Assembly: GCA_030645735.1 (NCBI GenBank)
Contig: JAUSNP010000004.1
Span: 76,739 to 127,460 of the forward strand
Length of the DNA: 50,722 nt
Origin: Candidatus Moraniibacteriota bacterium
GTDB lineage: Bacteria > Patescibacteriota > Minisyncoccia > Moranbacterales > UBA2206
Reading direction: 5' to 3'
The translations under genes and the position numbers were made by a program. This document shows positions 25,118 to 34,324 of the stretch, piece after piece. The notes under the pieces were generated by a model that did not search any database, was not told the DNA's origin, and worked only from the letters and a program-made list of their open reading frames with translations. Each line of letters starts with the position of its first letter. Position 1 is the first letter of the stretch.

Positions 25118-25231
25118 GATGTTATAAATCTCTAATTAATAACTAATTTTACCCTAATTTTCCCTAATCTTTTTTAAAAAAATTTGCGAATATTCGTGAC
25201 TTGATTCGAGACTGATTCGTGATTTATATCA

Positions 25232-26977
25232 TTATTCTTTGGTTACTCTCAATATTTCCTCAACTGAGGTTATTCCACTAACCGCCTTCACAAAGCCATC
25301 TTCCACCATCGTCAACATGCCTTTTTCGCGCGCTCTTTTTTCCATTTCTTCCGTAGGTGTTTTTTGTGAAATCATTTTTTCAATTTCATCATCAACTTCC
25401 AAAACTTCATAAATTCCACTTCGGCCTTTGTAGCCCTCGTTATGGCATTGCTCACAGCCAACAGATTTATATAATTTTATATCTTCCCATTTGGCATTTT
25501 TATCGATTGAGTCTTTTAATAATTCATTTTTCTTAATAACTTCCAGCAGTGACGGCATATCATAACTTTCACCCAGCGCCTCCAACTCTCCAGATGTCAT
25601 CTGATATTCTTTTTTACAATCCTGGCAAAGTTTTCTAACCAAGCGTTGCGCAATGATCACATTCACGGTAGAAGCCACCATAAACGCTTCAGCGCCCATA
25701 TCGATGATTCGGGGTAGGGTAGCCGCGGCACTGTTGGTATGCAAGGTAGATAAAACGAGATGTCCAGTCAACGCCGCATGAATCGCCATTTCCAAAGTCT
25801 CCTGATCTCGAATTTCTCCAACCATTATAATATCTGGGTCTTGACGCAAAAGCGAACGCAAGCCAGCCGCAAAAGTCAGACCAACCTTAGTATAAATCTG
25901 CGTTTGATTGACTCTGGGCATTCGATATTCTACTGGGTCTTCAACTGTACTAATATTGACTTCCGGCGTATTCAAAATATCCATAATTGTATACAGCGTG
26001 GTGGTTTTCCCTGACCCAGTCGGGCCTGTTACCAGAATCATGCCATTGGGTTTTTTGATTTGTCGATGGATGATTTCCAGCCCTAAGCCAGTCATTCCCA
26101 TTTTTTCCAAGGTCAGTCCCTTGCTATTTTCATTCAAAAGACGCATTACGATTTTCTCGCCATCAAAAATTGGCAGGATGCTGACACGAAAAGAAATCTT
26201 CAAATCATCTTTTTCAATTTTAAACCGACCGTCCTGCGGAACGCGATGTTCATCTAGTTTCAAATTAGACAACACTTTGATTCTAGCAATGATCCCGTGC
26301 TTAACCTGCTTCGGCAGGGTCATTGCGTCATGCAAAATTCCGTCAATGCGATAGCGCACGCGCACTTCTTTTTCATCTGGCTCAATATGAACATCACTAG
26401 CGCCCTGCAGAATTGCATGTTTGATTAGCGTATCAACAATTCTAATTATTGGCAGACCCTGTGCGACTTTTTCCAAGTCTTCTTTTTCATCCCCATCAAC
26501 TTGTGAAGAATTTTTTTCAATAATATCTCCGAATTCCGCCTTCAAACTCTTAGCATATTGCTTTAAAATAATGTTGATACTATCTTCTGAAGTTAAGCAA
26601 GTAACTATTTTTAGGCCAGTTTTTTTGCGGATAAAATCCACTGTCTGAATATCCTCGGGATTTAACATGGCAATCTTCAACTCCGATCCACTCTTTTCAA
26701 AGGCCACGATTTTATATTTCTTGGCAATCGGTTCTGGCACAATTTGCAAAATATCTGTAGGAATGATTTCTTTCGTTAAATCAACAAACGGCACGCCCAG
26801 GATATAAGCATATAGCTCACGCAATTTCACCTCATCAATCAGTTTTTTCTCCAACAAGACCTCGCCTAATATTTTGGCGCTGTCTTGAGATTCTTTGTAT
26901 GCCAATTCAAGATCCTCAAGCTTGATTAGCTCAGAATCTTTAATAAATTCATATAGTTGTTTATTTTCAATCCGCAT
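25232..26977 (-). CDS. pilB: Type IV pilus assembly ATPase PilB (GspE family)
   Basis: It has an N-terminal T2SSE_N-like domain, Walker A GPTGSGKTTTLY, ASDVHIEP, and a tetracysteine cluster CQDC...CEQC. Confidence 0.9.
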   Translation of the reverse strand: MRIENKQLYEFIKDSELIKLEDLELAYKESQDSAKILGEVLLEKKLIDEVKLRELYAYILGVPFVDLTKEIIPTDILQIVPEPIAKKYKIVAFEKSGSELKIAMLNPEDIQTVDFIRKKTGLKIVTCLTSEDSINIILKQYAKSLKAEFGDIIEKNSSQVDGDEKEDLEKVAQGLPIIRIVDTLIKHAILQGASDVHIEPDEKEVRVRYRIDGILHDAMTLPKQVKHGIIARIKVLSNLKLDEHRVPQDGRFKIEKDDLKISFRVSILPIFDGEKIVMRLLNENSKGLTLEKMGMTGLGLEIIHRQIKKPNGMILVTGPTGSGKTTTLYTIMDILNTPEVNISTVEDPVEYRMPRVNQTQIYTKVGLTFAAGLRSLLRQDPDIIMVGEIRDQETLEMAIHAALTGHLVLSTLHTNSAAATLPRIIDMGAEAFMVASTVNVIIAQRLVRKLCQDCKKEYQMTSGELEALGESYDMPSLLEVIKKNELLKDSIDKNAKWEDIKLYKSVGCEQCHNEGYKGRSGIYEVLEVDDEIEKMISQKTPTEEMEKRAREKGMLTMVEDGFVKAVSGITSVEEILRVTKE

Positions 26978-27024
26978 ATCTTTTTGATTTTTGTATTTTC
27001 GTAGGACTTGTATTTTTGTAGGTC

Positions 27025-27396
27025 CTAAATTTTCAACATTTCCTTTATTTTTCCCACTATCTCCTCCAGTTTATAATTTGATTTGACTAAATAGGTATTA
27101 ACACCCAGACTGAAAGCTTTATCTACATCATCCGCACTCTCCAAATTTGTCAGCAATATCACGGGAATTTTAGCCCACATTTCATCCGCCTTGATTTCAG
27201 CTAAAACTTCAAAGCCATCTTTTTTTGGCAAAACAATATCTAATAAAATCAAATCTGGTTTCTCACTTTTAACCTTCCGCATTGCTTCTTCTCCGTCTGA
27301 AGCCACCGCGACAGTAAAATGTTCTGCCAACAAAAATTCCTTCATCGCATTTTGCAACGAACTTTCATCCTCAACAACTAAGATTTTTTTGTCCAT
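27025..27396 (-). CDS. Single-domain response regulator (receiver only, CheY-like)
   Basis: 123 aa. ILVVEDE, the phospho-acceptor context DLILLDIVLP and a conserved K near the C-terminus. No output domain. Confidence 0.85.
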   Translation of the reverse strand: MDKKILVVEDESSLQNAMKEFLLAEHFTVAVASDGEEAMRKVKSEKPDLILLDIVLPKKDGFEVLAEIKADEMWAKIPVILLTNLESADDVDKAFSLGVNTYLVKSNYKLEEIVGKIKEMLKI

Positions 27397-27416
27397 AAAA
27401 TTATCGACTTAATCAA

Positions 27417-28352
27417 TTAGACTAACGGCAAAGAAAAGCTAAACACTGAGCCGATTTCTTCAATTGATTGGAACCAAATTCGTCCGCCCAGTTGCTCCAC
27501 GATGTTTTTAGCAATATATAGTCCTAGACCAGTCCCTTCCGTTTGATATTTGACCGCGTTATCACTGCGAAAAAACTTGCTGAAAACTTGCTCCTGCTGT
27601 TCTTTGGGAATTCCCACGCCGTTATCTCGGATAGTGAACACCAGAAAGCCTTCATTCACGGCCAGCCCAATTTCAATTTTGCCTCGATTAGGCGTGTATT
27701 TTATCGAATTGCTAAGCAGATTTTCCAGAACCAATTTTATCTTTTCTTTATCCGCTACGACTATTGATTTTTTATTCTTTTTGTTTACTATGATATGCAA
27801 ATTTTTAACTTTTGCCAATGGCAAAAAATTACTAATCGTTTCATCCACAATTTTCACCATATCAATTTTTTCTTTTTTCAAAATCAACCGACCTTGATCA
27901 ATTCTAGTTACATCTAAAAGATCGTTGACTAACCTAGTCATACGCGTAGCCAGAGTGTTGATTGTTTCAATTCCTTTGCATTGTTTGGCATCCAATCCAC
28001 AGCTGAATTTTGACAACAAAAGCTCTGTTTCCCAGCGAATAGCTGAAAGTGGGGTGCGCAATTGATGCGAGGCCACGGAAACAAATTCTGTTTTCATCTT
28101 GTTGAGCTTGGCCATTTCTTCAACCTGCCGAATGATGGAATTTCCAATAATAAGGATGATTGAAACCACCAGACTTTCAGCGCCAATCAAGACTTCGGGT
28201 TGATCATATATTTGCGAAACAAAATAGGTTGCCGTCATCGCTGCAATAATAACCAACCCCATAACGATGAGCAGGAAACTTGGGGTTTTCCAAACACTCA
28301 CGCCCAGCTCCTCCGCCTGTTTTTTTAAGTCAAAATCATTTACTATTTCCAT
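27417..28352 (-). CDS. Sensor histidine kinase with two TM helices and a minimal extracytoplasmic loop
   Basis: H-box SHQLRTPLSAI, N-box LLSNSIKYT, G-boxes DNGVGIP and GTGLGLYIAKNIV. The two N-terminal TM helices are separated by only about 15 aa. Confidence 0.85.
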   Translation of the reverse strand: MEIVNDFDLKKQAEELGVSVWKTPSFLLIVMGLVIIAAMTATYFVSQIYDQPEVLIGAESLVVSIILIIGNSIIRQVEEMAKLNKMKTEFVSVASHQLRTPLSAIRWETELLLSKFSCGLDAKQCKGIETINTLATRMTRLVNDLLDVTRIDQGRLILKKEKIDMVKIVDETISNFLPLAKVKNLHIIVNKKNKKSIVVADKEKIKLVLENLLSNSIKYTPNRGKIEIGLAVNEGFLVFTIRDNGVGIPKEQQEQVFSKFFRSDNAVKYQTEGTGLGLYIAKNIVEQLGGRIWFQSIEEIGSVFSFSLPLV

Positions 28353-28398
28353 TTTTTATATTTGTTATTTTAAAATTTTATTTTTATTTCCTACCAAT

Positions 28399-28407
28399 AT
28401 TATAGCA
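28399..28407 (-). promoter_or_regulatory. Extended -10 element TGCTATAAT (minus strand) upstream of the kinase gene
   Basis: The reverse complement of attatagca is TGCTATAAT, about 45 nt upstream of the ATG at 28352. It follows a terminator hairpin at 28429-28454. Confidence 0.4.
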
Positions 28408-28428
28408 CAAAAAATGATTTTTTGTAAC

Positions 28429-28454
28429 AAAAAACAATCCGCTATGGCGGATTG
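28429..28454 (-). terminator. Rho-independent terminator after the 143-aa gene
   Basis: The minus strand reads aatccgc-cata-gcggatt followed by gtttttt. Confidence 0.6.
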
Positions 28455-28487
28455 CTTCATTTCTAATATTCTGAAATTTTCAGTGGT

Positions 28488-28919
28488 CTACAGCAGCGTA
28501 ATTGTCGTCGCCAAATTGGTCTCTTTTTCAAAATGAACATAAGCTTTCATGCCAACCTTGATTTCGGAAATCTTCTTATTAGACATGGTGTTGTTAATTT
28601 GGGCAATGACAAAAGTCTTGCCATCCTCCATAGGCATCACCTTGGCGGTGCCATCCTCAGCTTTGATAGTAATGGATTTGGCATCGATTTTTTCTACCGT
28701 GCCAGTGATATTGTCATTCATAATTGCTTTGATTTCTGCAGGAATCGCATTGGGATCTTTTTCAACCACGACATCCTGTTTTGGCGCAACTGCAACTGGA
28801 GCTGGTGCGACCGGAGCAATTTCCGGATTAAACGTCTTTTGCGCTAAGAAATAGAAACCAACCAAGAAAGCTCCAAACAATACAACTGCGAAAATTATGA
28901 TTGATTTTTTATTTAACAT
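28488..28919 (-). CDS. Hypothetical exported or anchored protein
   Basis: 143 aa with an N-terminal TM or signal segment (IIIFAVVLFGAFLVGFYFLA), a Pro/Ala/Val linker and a beta-rich C-terminal domain. Not recognised. Confidence 0.55.
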   Translation of the reverse strand: MLNKKSIIIFAVVLFGAFLVGFYFLAQKTFNPEIAPVAPAPVAVAPKQDVVVEKDPNAIPAEIKAIMNDNITGTVEKIDAKSITIKAEDGTAKVMPMEDGKTFVIAQINNTMSNKKISEIKVGMKAYVHFEKETNLATTITLL

Positions 28920-28951
28920 TTTTTTGTTTTAATTTAATTATTTTTACTTTT

Positions 28952-29965
28952 TTAGTTCGGACTCACTTCGCGCCAATTTAAGCTTCTTTGACAGTTTTTG
29001 CTGCCATTTATTATACCTCTGCAATCTGAACAAGTTTCTCCAGTACAAGTTATTGCCTCACAATTAGTTGAAACACAAGCAGGAGCTCTGGAGCCGGTAC
29101 AAGAAGCTGTTGATCCTCCACTTGATCCATTGCATGTCCAAGGATAGCTAGCTCCTTGCGCTGGGAAATTAGTGGCATTGAGAGTTGCGCTAGCTGTTCC
29201 TGTCGCACAAGCAGTATCGGCTCCCCAGCCAGTAGCTGTGGAAGCATAGATGTGATTAGCCGTTCCGCAAGAGCCGTTAACTGGAGTGGCATTGATAATT
29301 ATTGATTTACTACAAGTGCCGGTGCCACCTGGACCAGTCACCGTGATGGTGCAGTTTTCTGTGCCAGCAGACATATTATTGAATGGTAGGCTTCCGCTAG
29401 TGGCAATTGCCACATTAGTTGCTGAAATTGGTCCCGTGCAAGAATACTTAGCGCTAGTCGTATTGGCACTTGTCCAAGTCGCGGTTGTGCTGCCAGGAGC
29501 GGTCAACGGCCCAACGGGAGAAAATGCGAGAGTGCAGGTTGGAGCTGGTGGAGTAGCAACGGTATATGTGACGGAATAATTTACAAAATTAGCTGGCGTA
29601 CATATTCTGCTCCATCCTTGCATAACACAAGTGGGGCTTCCACTTCCCGAAAAGATGGCTGAGTATGTGCCAGCCACACTCGGAGCTGTCATTGTAACTG
29701 ACCCACTTGGATATATGGTGTTATATTTTAATACAGTTGCAGTTGCAATGTTTATAGTTACATCTAGCCTTGGTACATTTGAATTTGAAGGTGTTGTTAC
29801 TGATCCATTAGCTACGATACTCTCACCAGGAGCGTATGTTGATTTATTTAAATTAACAGTATATGTGTTTGGACCAGAAACAAATTGAGCCGCATATGCT
29901 CCGTGTGAAAAAATCATCCCGAAAATAATCAGCACCAAGATTGCAAATAGTTTTGTATTTTTCAT
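28952..29965 (-). CDS. Secreted Thr/Ser/Gly/Cys-rich protein (putative surface protein or adhesin)
   Basis: Sec-type signal MKNTKLFAILVLIIFGMIFSHGAYA|AQ and 16 Cys, half of them in the last ~55 aa. A motif NGSCGTANH...ACATGTAS...YPWTCNGSSGGSTASC is present. GC content is visibly higher than in its neighbours. Confidence 0.65.
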   Translation of the reverse strand: MKNTKLFAILVLIIFGMIFSHGAYAAQFVSGPNTYTVNLNKSTYAPGESIVANGSVTTPSNSNVPRLDVTINIATATVLKYNTIYPSGSVTMTAPSVAGTYSAIFSGSGSPTCVMQGWSRICTPANFVNYSVTYTVATPPAPTCTLAFSPVGPLTAPGSTTATWTSANTTSAKYSCTGPISATNVAIATSGSLPFNNMSAGTENCTITVTGPGGTGTCSKSIIINATPVNGSCGTANHIYASTATGWGADTACATGTASATLNATNFPAQGASYPWTCNGSSGGSTASCTGSRAPACVSTNCEAITCTGETCSDCRGIINGSKNCQRSLNWREVSPN

Positions 29966-30021
29966 AAAATATTTATTAGAAAGATTTATGTTTATTTTAT
30001 GATTTTATTATACCACATTTT

Positions 30022-30120
30022 CATGAAACATGAAGCATGGAACATGCAACATGTAGCACGAGTCAAAAAAAACCTGCCAAAGCAGGTTGTTTCATGTTAT
30101 ATGTTTCGTGTTATATGACG
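30022..30120. repeat. Degenerate-word inverted repeat (CATGAAACATG type) enclosing a terminator hairpin
   Basis: The left arm is catgaaacatgaagcatggaacatgcaacatgtagcacg. The central hairpin is aacctgc-caaa-gcaggtt with an A/T run. The right arm is gtttcatgttatatgtttcgtgttatatgacg. Confidence 0.7.
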
Positions 30121-30123
30121 TAC

Positions 30124-31056
30124 CTATTTCAACTCAGCCAATCTTTCCTGAAACTTTTCAAAAACCTTTGGACTCTGCGGATTTGGCAAAAACACCAAGG
30201 CTTCATCGGTAGCGATAATCATACTGCCATTTTGCTTGGTTCTGGCGTCATTTAGAATTCTTTGGGTTTGCCATTTTTTCAAACCTTGCTCAATCCAATC
30301 AGCTTTTAGAACTTTTTCTCCAATTTTCCGCAGTGTTTTGGCTAGCCTGCTATCATGTACTAATTTTTCACCTGGAATTGAATGCAAAGCATAGTTTATT
30401 TTATATTTTGCAATCCAAGCATTTTTCCACTGGAATTTTTTAAAGGTCTTATAGCCAAAAATTGGAACTAGAAAAGAATATTCCGAAGCCGAGAAAACAT
30501 CTTTTAGATTTATTTCCAAAGACTTGCTGGTTATAAAATAATTCAAACACACTCGATCTTTGATTTTTTGGCCATAGCGCCGCCTGCCCAACAAATGTAC
30601 CACTAATGTCACTAGGGTTCGACCAGTGAAGATTTTACCTTTTTTCAAAACTACCAAAAAATCCAAATCACTTGCCCGCTCCGTATTCTTCATCGCCAAT
30701 CGCCCTGTCACAGCCACTCCTCGCACGAATGGCACGAACCGCAACCAGAAAACCACCCCTCGCACAATCCGGAATTTCTGCTCAGCAATCTTATTCCGCT
30801 CAATCCGTTGCTCAACCAAATCACGCCTGCCACGCAAAAAATAATAACCCTGAAATTCCTCAGTAAATTTCTGTAGCTTTTCATTTTCCAATTCAGCAAC
30901 AACATTCGTCAAAGAAAATTCATCTTTTGTTAACATGCGTTCATCATTCGTCATTCTCGTCAGGTATTTCCAAATCTCAAAAGCCGTCATCGGATAATCC
31001 ATAACATCATAATACGCCAGTGTGGTTAGTATGTATTTCGAAAGATTGTTGTCCAT
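30124..31056 (-). CDS. Hypothetical protein with a possible Pol-beta-type nucleotidyltransferase motif
   Basis: 310 aa. The segment GVAVTGRLAMKNTERASDLDFLVVL fits the G-[SG]-x(9-13)-D-h-D pattern. The call is otherwise tentative. Confidence 0.45.
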   Translation of the reverse strand: MDNNLSKYILTTLAYYDVMDYPMTAFEIWKYLTRMTNDERMLTKDEFSLTNVVAELENEKLQKFTEEFQGYYFLRGRRDLVEQRIERNKIAEQKFRIVRGVVFWLRFVPFVRGVAVTGRLAMKNTERASDLDFLVVLKKGKIFTGRTLVTLVVHLLGRRRYGQKIKDRVCLNYFITSKSLEINLKDVFSASEYSFLVPIFGYKTFKKFQWKNAWIAKYKINYALHSIPGEKLVHDSRLAKTLRKIGEKVLKADWIEQGLKKWQTQRILNDARTKQNGSMIIATDEALVFLPNPQSPKVFEKFQERLAELK

Positions 31057-31085
31057 TTTTTTAATCTCAATGTAATAGTGAGCAG

Positions 31086-31110
31086 ATTCCGGCTCAAGGC
31101 CGGAATGACA
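31086..31110. repeat. Short palindrome attccggc-tcaa-ggccggaat
   Basis: Inverted repeat with GAATGAC flank, related in style to the composite element at 39241-39311. Confidence 0.5.
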
Positions 31111-31140
31111 GAGCCGAACTTCAAAAATATTCCGCGCCTT

Positions 31141-31350
31141 GGCGTTAGTGCGTTTCTAAATTCCAGATTATGAGCGTTAAAAAATTTCATACTAGCAATC
31201 CTTTAGCGTTCTTATTGGAATTTTAGCGAACAAGTTGAAAATTTGTCTTGGTATGCAGCTGTGCGGCCTTTTTCTTTTTTGCCACTTTTCTTTTGGGAAA
31301 AGAAAAATGGCGTACTGATTTCTTTGCTGCCAAAGAAAATGGACGCCCTG
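31141..31350 (+). repeat. Mosaic repeat element, copy X1 (~210 nt), abutting the uvrA-paralog stop
   Basis: Its parts recur at 46208-46378 (inverted, diverged) and at 46531-46612 (direct, 81 of 82 nt identical to 31233-31314). It contains hairpins ccacttttctttt-ggg-aaaagaaaaatgg (31281-31309) and tttctttg-ctgc-caaagaaa (31318-31337). Confidence 0.8.
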
Positions 31351-34200
31351 CTAAATATACTTCGCCGTCCAACTCTTCTTCACATGTTTCAGCTTATCTG
31401 GTGTTCCAGCATAAACAACCTCACCACCTTTGTCACCACCATCTGGTCCGATATCAATCACCCAGTCAGAATTGCGAATCACATCAACATTGTGCTCAAC
31501 CACCAGCACTGAATTGCCCTTATCCACCAGTGCATCTAATACACCTAGGAGTCTTTTTACATCATCAAAATGCAAACCGATGGTTGGTTCATCTAAAATA
31601 TACAAGGTTTTACCAGTTGATTTGCGTGAAAGTTCCGTGGCCAGCTTGATTCTTTGCGCTTCACCGCCGGAAAGATTGGTGGCGCTTTGACCGAGCTTCA
31701 AATAACCCAAACCGACTTGTTCCAAGGTGGAAAGCTTTTCTACAATCAAGGGTGATTTTTTGAAAAAGCGCAAAGCATAGGACACACTCATATCCAAAAC
31801 TTCAGCGATGTTCACACCTTGATACTCAATGTCCAGCGTCTTGGGATTATATCTTGTCCCACCACAAGATTCACATTTCACATACATATCCGGCAACAAG
31901 TGCATTTCAATCTTCTTGGTGCCATCTCCTTGGCAAACTTCGCATCGTCCACCCTTCATATTAAAACTAAAACGACTAGGGGTGTAGGCGCGATTTCTCG
32001 CTTCCTCAGTTGAGGCGAATAAATCCCGAATCAAAGAGAATACACCCGTATAGGTGGCGGCGTTTGATCTTGGCGTTCGCCCAATCGGTGCCTGATTGAT
32101 ACTAATGACCTTGTCCACATTATCTAGGCCTTTGATTTTCTTATGCGCCCCTGGAGTTTCTTTGCAATTGAAAAAATGTCTGGACAGCGCCTTAGCTAAA
32201 ATATCAGAAACTAGAGATGATTTACCAGATCCAGACACGCCCGTGATAGAAACAAACTTGCCTAGCGGGATTTCCACATCAATATTTTTCAGATTATGCT
32301 CCGTGGCGCCAATGATTTCGATTGATTTCTTGTTGCCCTTTCTATAAGTTTTCTTTTCTGACACCTTTTTCTTGCCTATCAAATATTGCGCCGTGGAAGT
32401 TTTTGAATTCAATAGTTTTTTGAAATCGCCTTGAAAAATAACTTCGCCACCTTCTTCGCCAGCGCCTGGCCCCATGTCAATAATCCAATCAGCCTTGCGG
32501 ATGATGTCTTCATCATGTTCGACCACAATCAAAGAATTGCCAGCTTCTTTCAAGAGTTGCATAGTATTGATCAATTTTTCTGTGTCGCGATTGTGCAGTC
32601 CAATGGACGGCTCATCTAAAACATAGGTGATGCCCATCAATTCTGAACCAATCTGAGTGGCCAATCTGATTCTTTGCGCTTCACCGCCAGAAATTGAATT
32701 AGCGCCACGAGAAATTGATAGATATTCCAAGCCAACATTGATCAGCGCCTCAGTTTTCAATTTCATTTCTTTTACTAACGGCGCGGCGATGTCTCGCCTT
32801 GTCCGATCAACTTTCAAATTTGTTTCCACGCTATTCAAAAACGCCATAAATTTTCCAAGATCCACACTCACCACATCATCAATGGACTTGTCATCAATCA
32901 TCACGGCTAAAAATTCATCTTTGAGTCTCTTGCCTTCGCAAGCTGGGCAAACTTTTTCCAACATGTATTTCTCCAAATCACTGCGAACATAGTCGGACGC
33001 CGCTTCTTGGTATTTTTTCTTGATCATTGGAATCACGCCCTCAAAAATCACCCGCACTTCTTTCATTCCGCCCATATCACCTTTTTGTTCAATCAAAATT
33101 TCCTTGCGCTCTGGGCCAAAGAAAATGATATCGATGGCTTCTTTAGATAGTTTTTTCACTGGCGCATCAATAGAAAAACCATATTCCTTGCCTAGCACTT
33201 CCAAAATGTTCATATAATTGCCTTGCCCGCCCAATCGGCCATTGGATTTGCTCCAAGGCAAAATTGCCCCTTCAGATAAAGAGAGATTTTTATTAGGCAT
33301 CACTAGGTCAATATCCACTTCTTTGGTTATGCCTAAACCAGAACAGTGATCGCAAGCCCCTTCCGGGCTATTGAAAGAAAAGTGTCTTGGAGTTATTTCC
33401 GAAATTCGCGTGTGACATTCATGACACACAAAGTCTTTGTTATAAAATCGGTCTTCCTCGCCAATGACCGCTACAATAATTGAGCCATTGCCAACCTTGA
33501 GACCTGTTTCAATTGAATCCACAATTCGCTCTGAATCAGGATTTTTGTGCTTCACCACAATCCGATCAATCACCACTTCAACAGCGCTCTCAAACTGATC
33601 GCTGGCAATTGCAATCGCCTCAGTCACCAACATGATTTTGCCATTGAACCGCACGCGTGCATAACCAATCTGGCTAATACTACGCAAAACCTCTTTAGAA
33701 TTTTTGCTTGTCTCTTTGATTTTGGCCAAAATTGCCACCTGAGTGTTTTCCGGAAAACTCAAAATGTCCTGCAACATTTCTTGGTTGCTTTTTCTCACCA
33801 TTCCCGTTCCGCATTTGGGACAATGGGGTGCGCCAATCTTGGCAAACAAAACACGCAAATAATCATAAATCTCCGTGAGTGTTCCCACAGTTGAACGCGG
33901 AGAACGACTCAGGCTTTTCTGATCAATCGAAATAGTCGGACTCAAGTTTTCAACCTTGTCTACATCCGGCTTAGCCCCCACGTCCAGAAACTGTCGTGCA
34001 TAGGATGACATGCCTTCTAGATATCTACGATTGCCTTCGGCATAAACCACATCAAAAGCCAAGGATGATTTCCCTGAGCCAGAAAGCCCCGTCACCACCA
34101 CCAATTGGTCTCGAGGGATATCAATATCTACATTTTTAAGGTTATTTACCTTAGCTCCACGAATTATGATCTTGTCTCGAACTTTAGAAGATTTATTCAT
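31351..34200 (-). CDS. uvrA: Excinuclease ABC subunit A, divergent full-length paralog
   Basis: 949 aa with [13 protein letters not shown], two ABC signature motifs LSGGEAQRI and all zinc modules (CPKC, CHEC..CDHC, CPAC, CEVC..CESC). The N-terminal consensus is more diverged than in the second copy. Confidence 0.88.
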   Translation of the reverse strand: MNKSSKVRDKIIIRGAKVNNLKNVDIDIPRDQLVVVTGLSGSGKSSLAFDVVYAEGNRRYLEGMSSYARQFLDVGAKPDVDKVENLSPTISIDQKSLSRSPRSTVGTLTEIYDYLRVLFAKIGAPHCPKCGTGMVRKSNQEMLQDILSFPENTQVAILAKIKETSKNSKEVLRSISQIGYARVRFNGKIMLVTEAIAIASDQFESAVEVVIDRIVVKHKNPDSERIVDSIETGLKVGNGSIIVAVIGEEDRFYNKDFVCHECHTRISEITPRHFSFNSPEGACDHCSGLGITKEVDIDLVMPNKNLSLSEGAILPWSKSNGRLGGQGNYMNILEVLGKEYGFSIDAPVKKLSKEAIDIIFFGPERKEILIEQKGDMGGMKEVRVIFEGVIPMIKKKYQEAASDYVRSDLEKYMLEKVCPACEGKRLKDEFLAVMIDDKSIDDVVSVDLGKFMAFLNSVETNLKVDRTRRDIAAPLVKEMKLKTEALINVGLEYLSISRGANSISGGEAQRIRLATQIGSELMGITYVLDEPSIGLHNRDTEKLINTMQLLKEAGNSLIVVEHDEDIIRKADWIIDMGPGAGEEGGEVIFQGDFKKLLNSKTSTAQYLIGKKKVSEKKTYRKGNKKSIEIIGATEHNLKNIDVEIPLGKFVSITGVSGSGKSSLVSDILAKALSRHFFNCKETPGAHKKIKGLDNVDKVISINQAPIGRTPRSNAATYTGVFSLIRDLFASTEEARNRAYTPSRFSFNMKGGRCEVCQGDGTKKIEMHLLPDMYVKCESCGGTRYNPKTLDIEYQGVNIAEVLDMSVSYALRFFKKSPLIVEKLSTLEQVGLGYLKLGQSATNLSGGEAQRIKLATELSRKSTGKTLYILDEPTIGLHFDDVKRLLGVLDALVDKGNSVLVVEHNVDVIRNSDWVIDIGPDGGDKGGEVVYAGTPDKLKHVKKSWTAKYI

Positions 34201-34275
34201 GTGTATGTAAATATAGTAAGATTTAAACTCTAGTTAAACATTTTAGGGCATTTTCTTGGGTTTGTAAAGGACTAA

Positions 34276-34313
34276 GTAGAGACGAGTCCGCCAGCTGGCG
34301 GACTCGTCTCTAC
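34276..34313. repeat. Perfect 38-nt nested palindrome: GTAGAGACG outer stem enclosing CCGCCAGCTGGCGG
   Basis: The sequence is gtagagacgagtccgccag|ctggcggactcgtctctac, lying between the uvrC stop and the uvrA-paralog start. Confidence 0.85.
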
Positions 34314-34324
34314 CTGTGAAAAAA

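Noticed and set aside
28952-29965. Diversity-generating retroelement target gene
   Set aside because: I found no reverse transcriptase ORF and no template-repeat copy of the 3' region anywhere in the window. The idea remains untestable here and is noted only as a check under the corresponding finding.
31306-31340. Hammerhead-ribozyme-like CTGAT followed by a stem and AAA in repeat X1
   Set aside because: The core does not match CUGAUGA...GAAA. Only one helix is present, and no cleavage-site helix can be drawn.
31243-31512. ORFs 31243-31512, 31248-31649 and 46465-46647 share the peptide SWY(A/V)AVRPFSFLPLFFWEKKNGV
   Set aside because: The shared peptide comes from the 82-nt near-identical DNA repeat module. 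The single nucleotide difference changes the peptide, the ORFs diverge immediately outside the repeat, and one runs antisense into uvrA. I treat it as non-coding repeat DNA.
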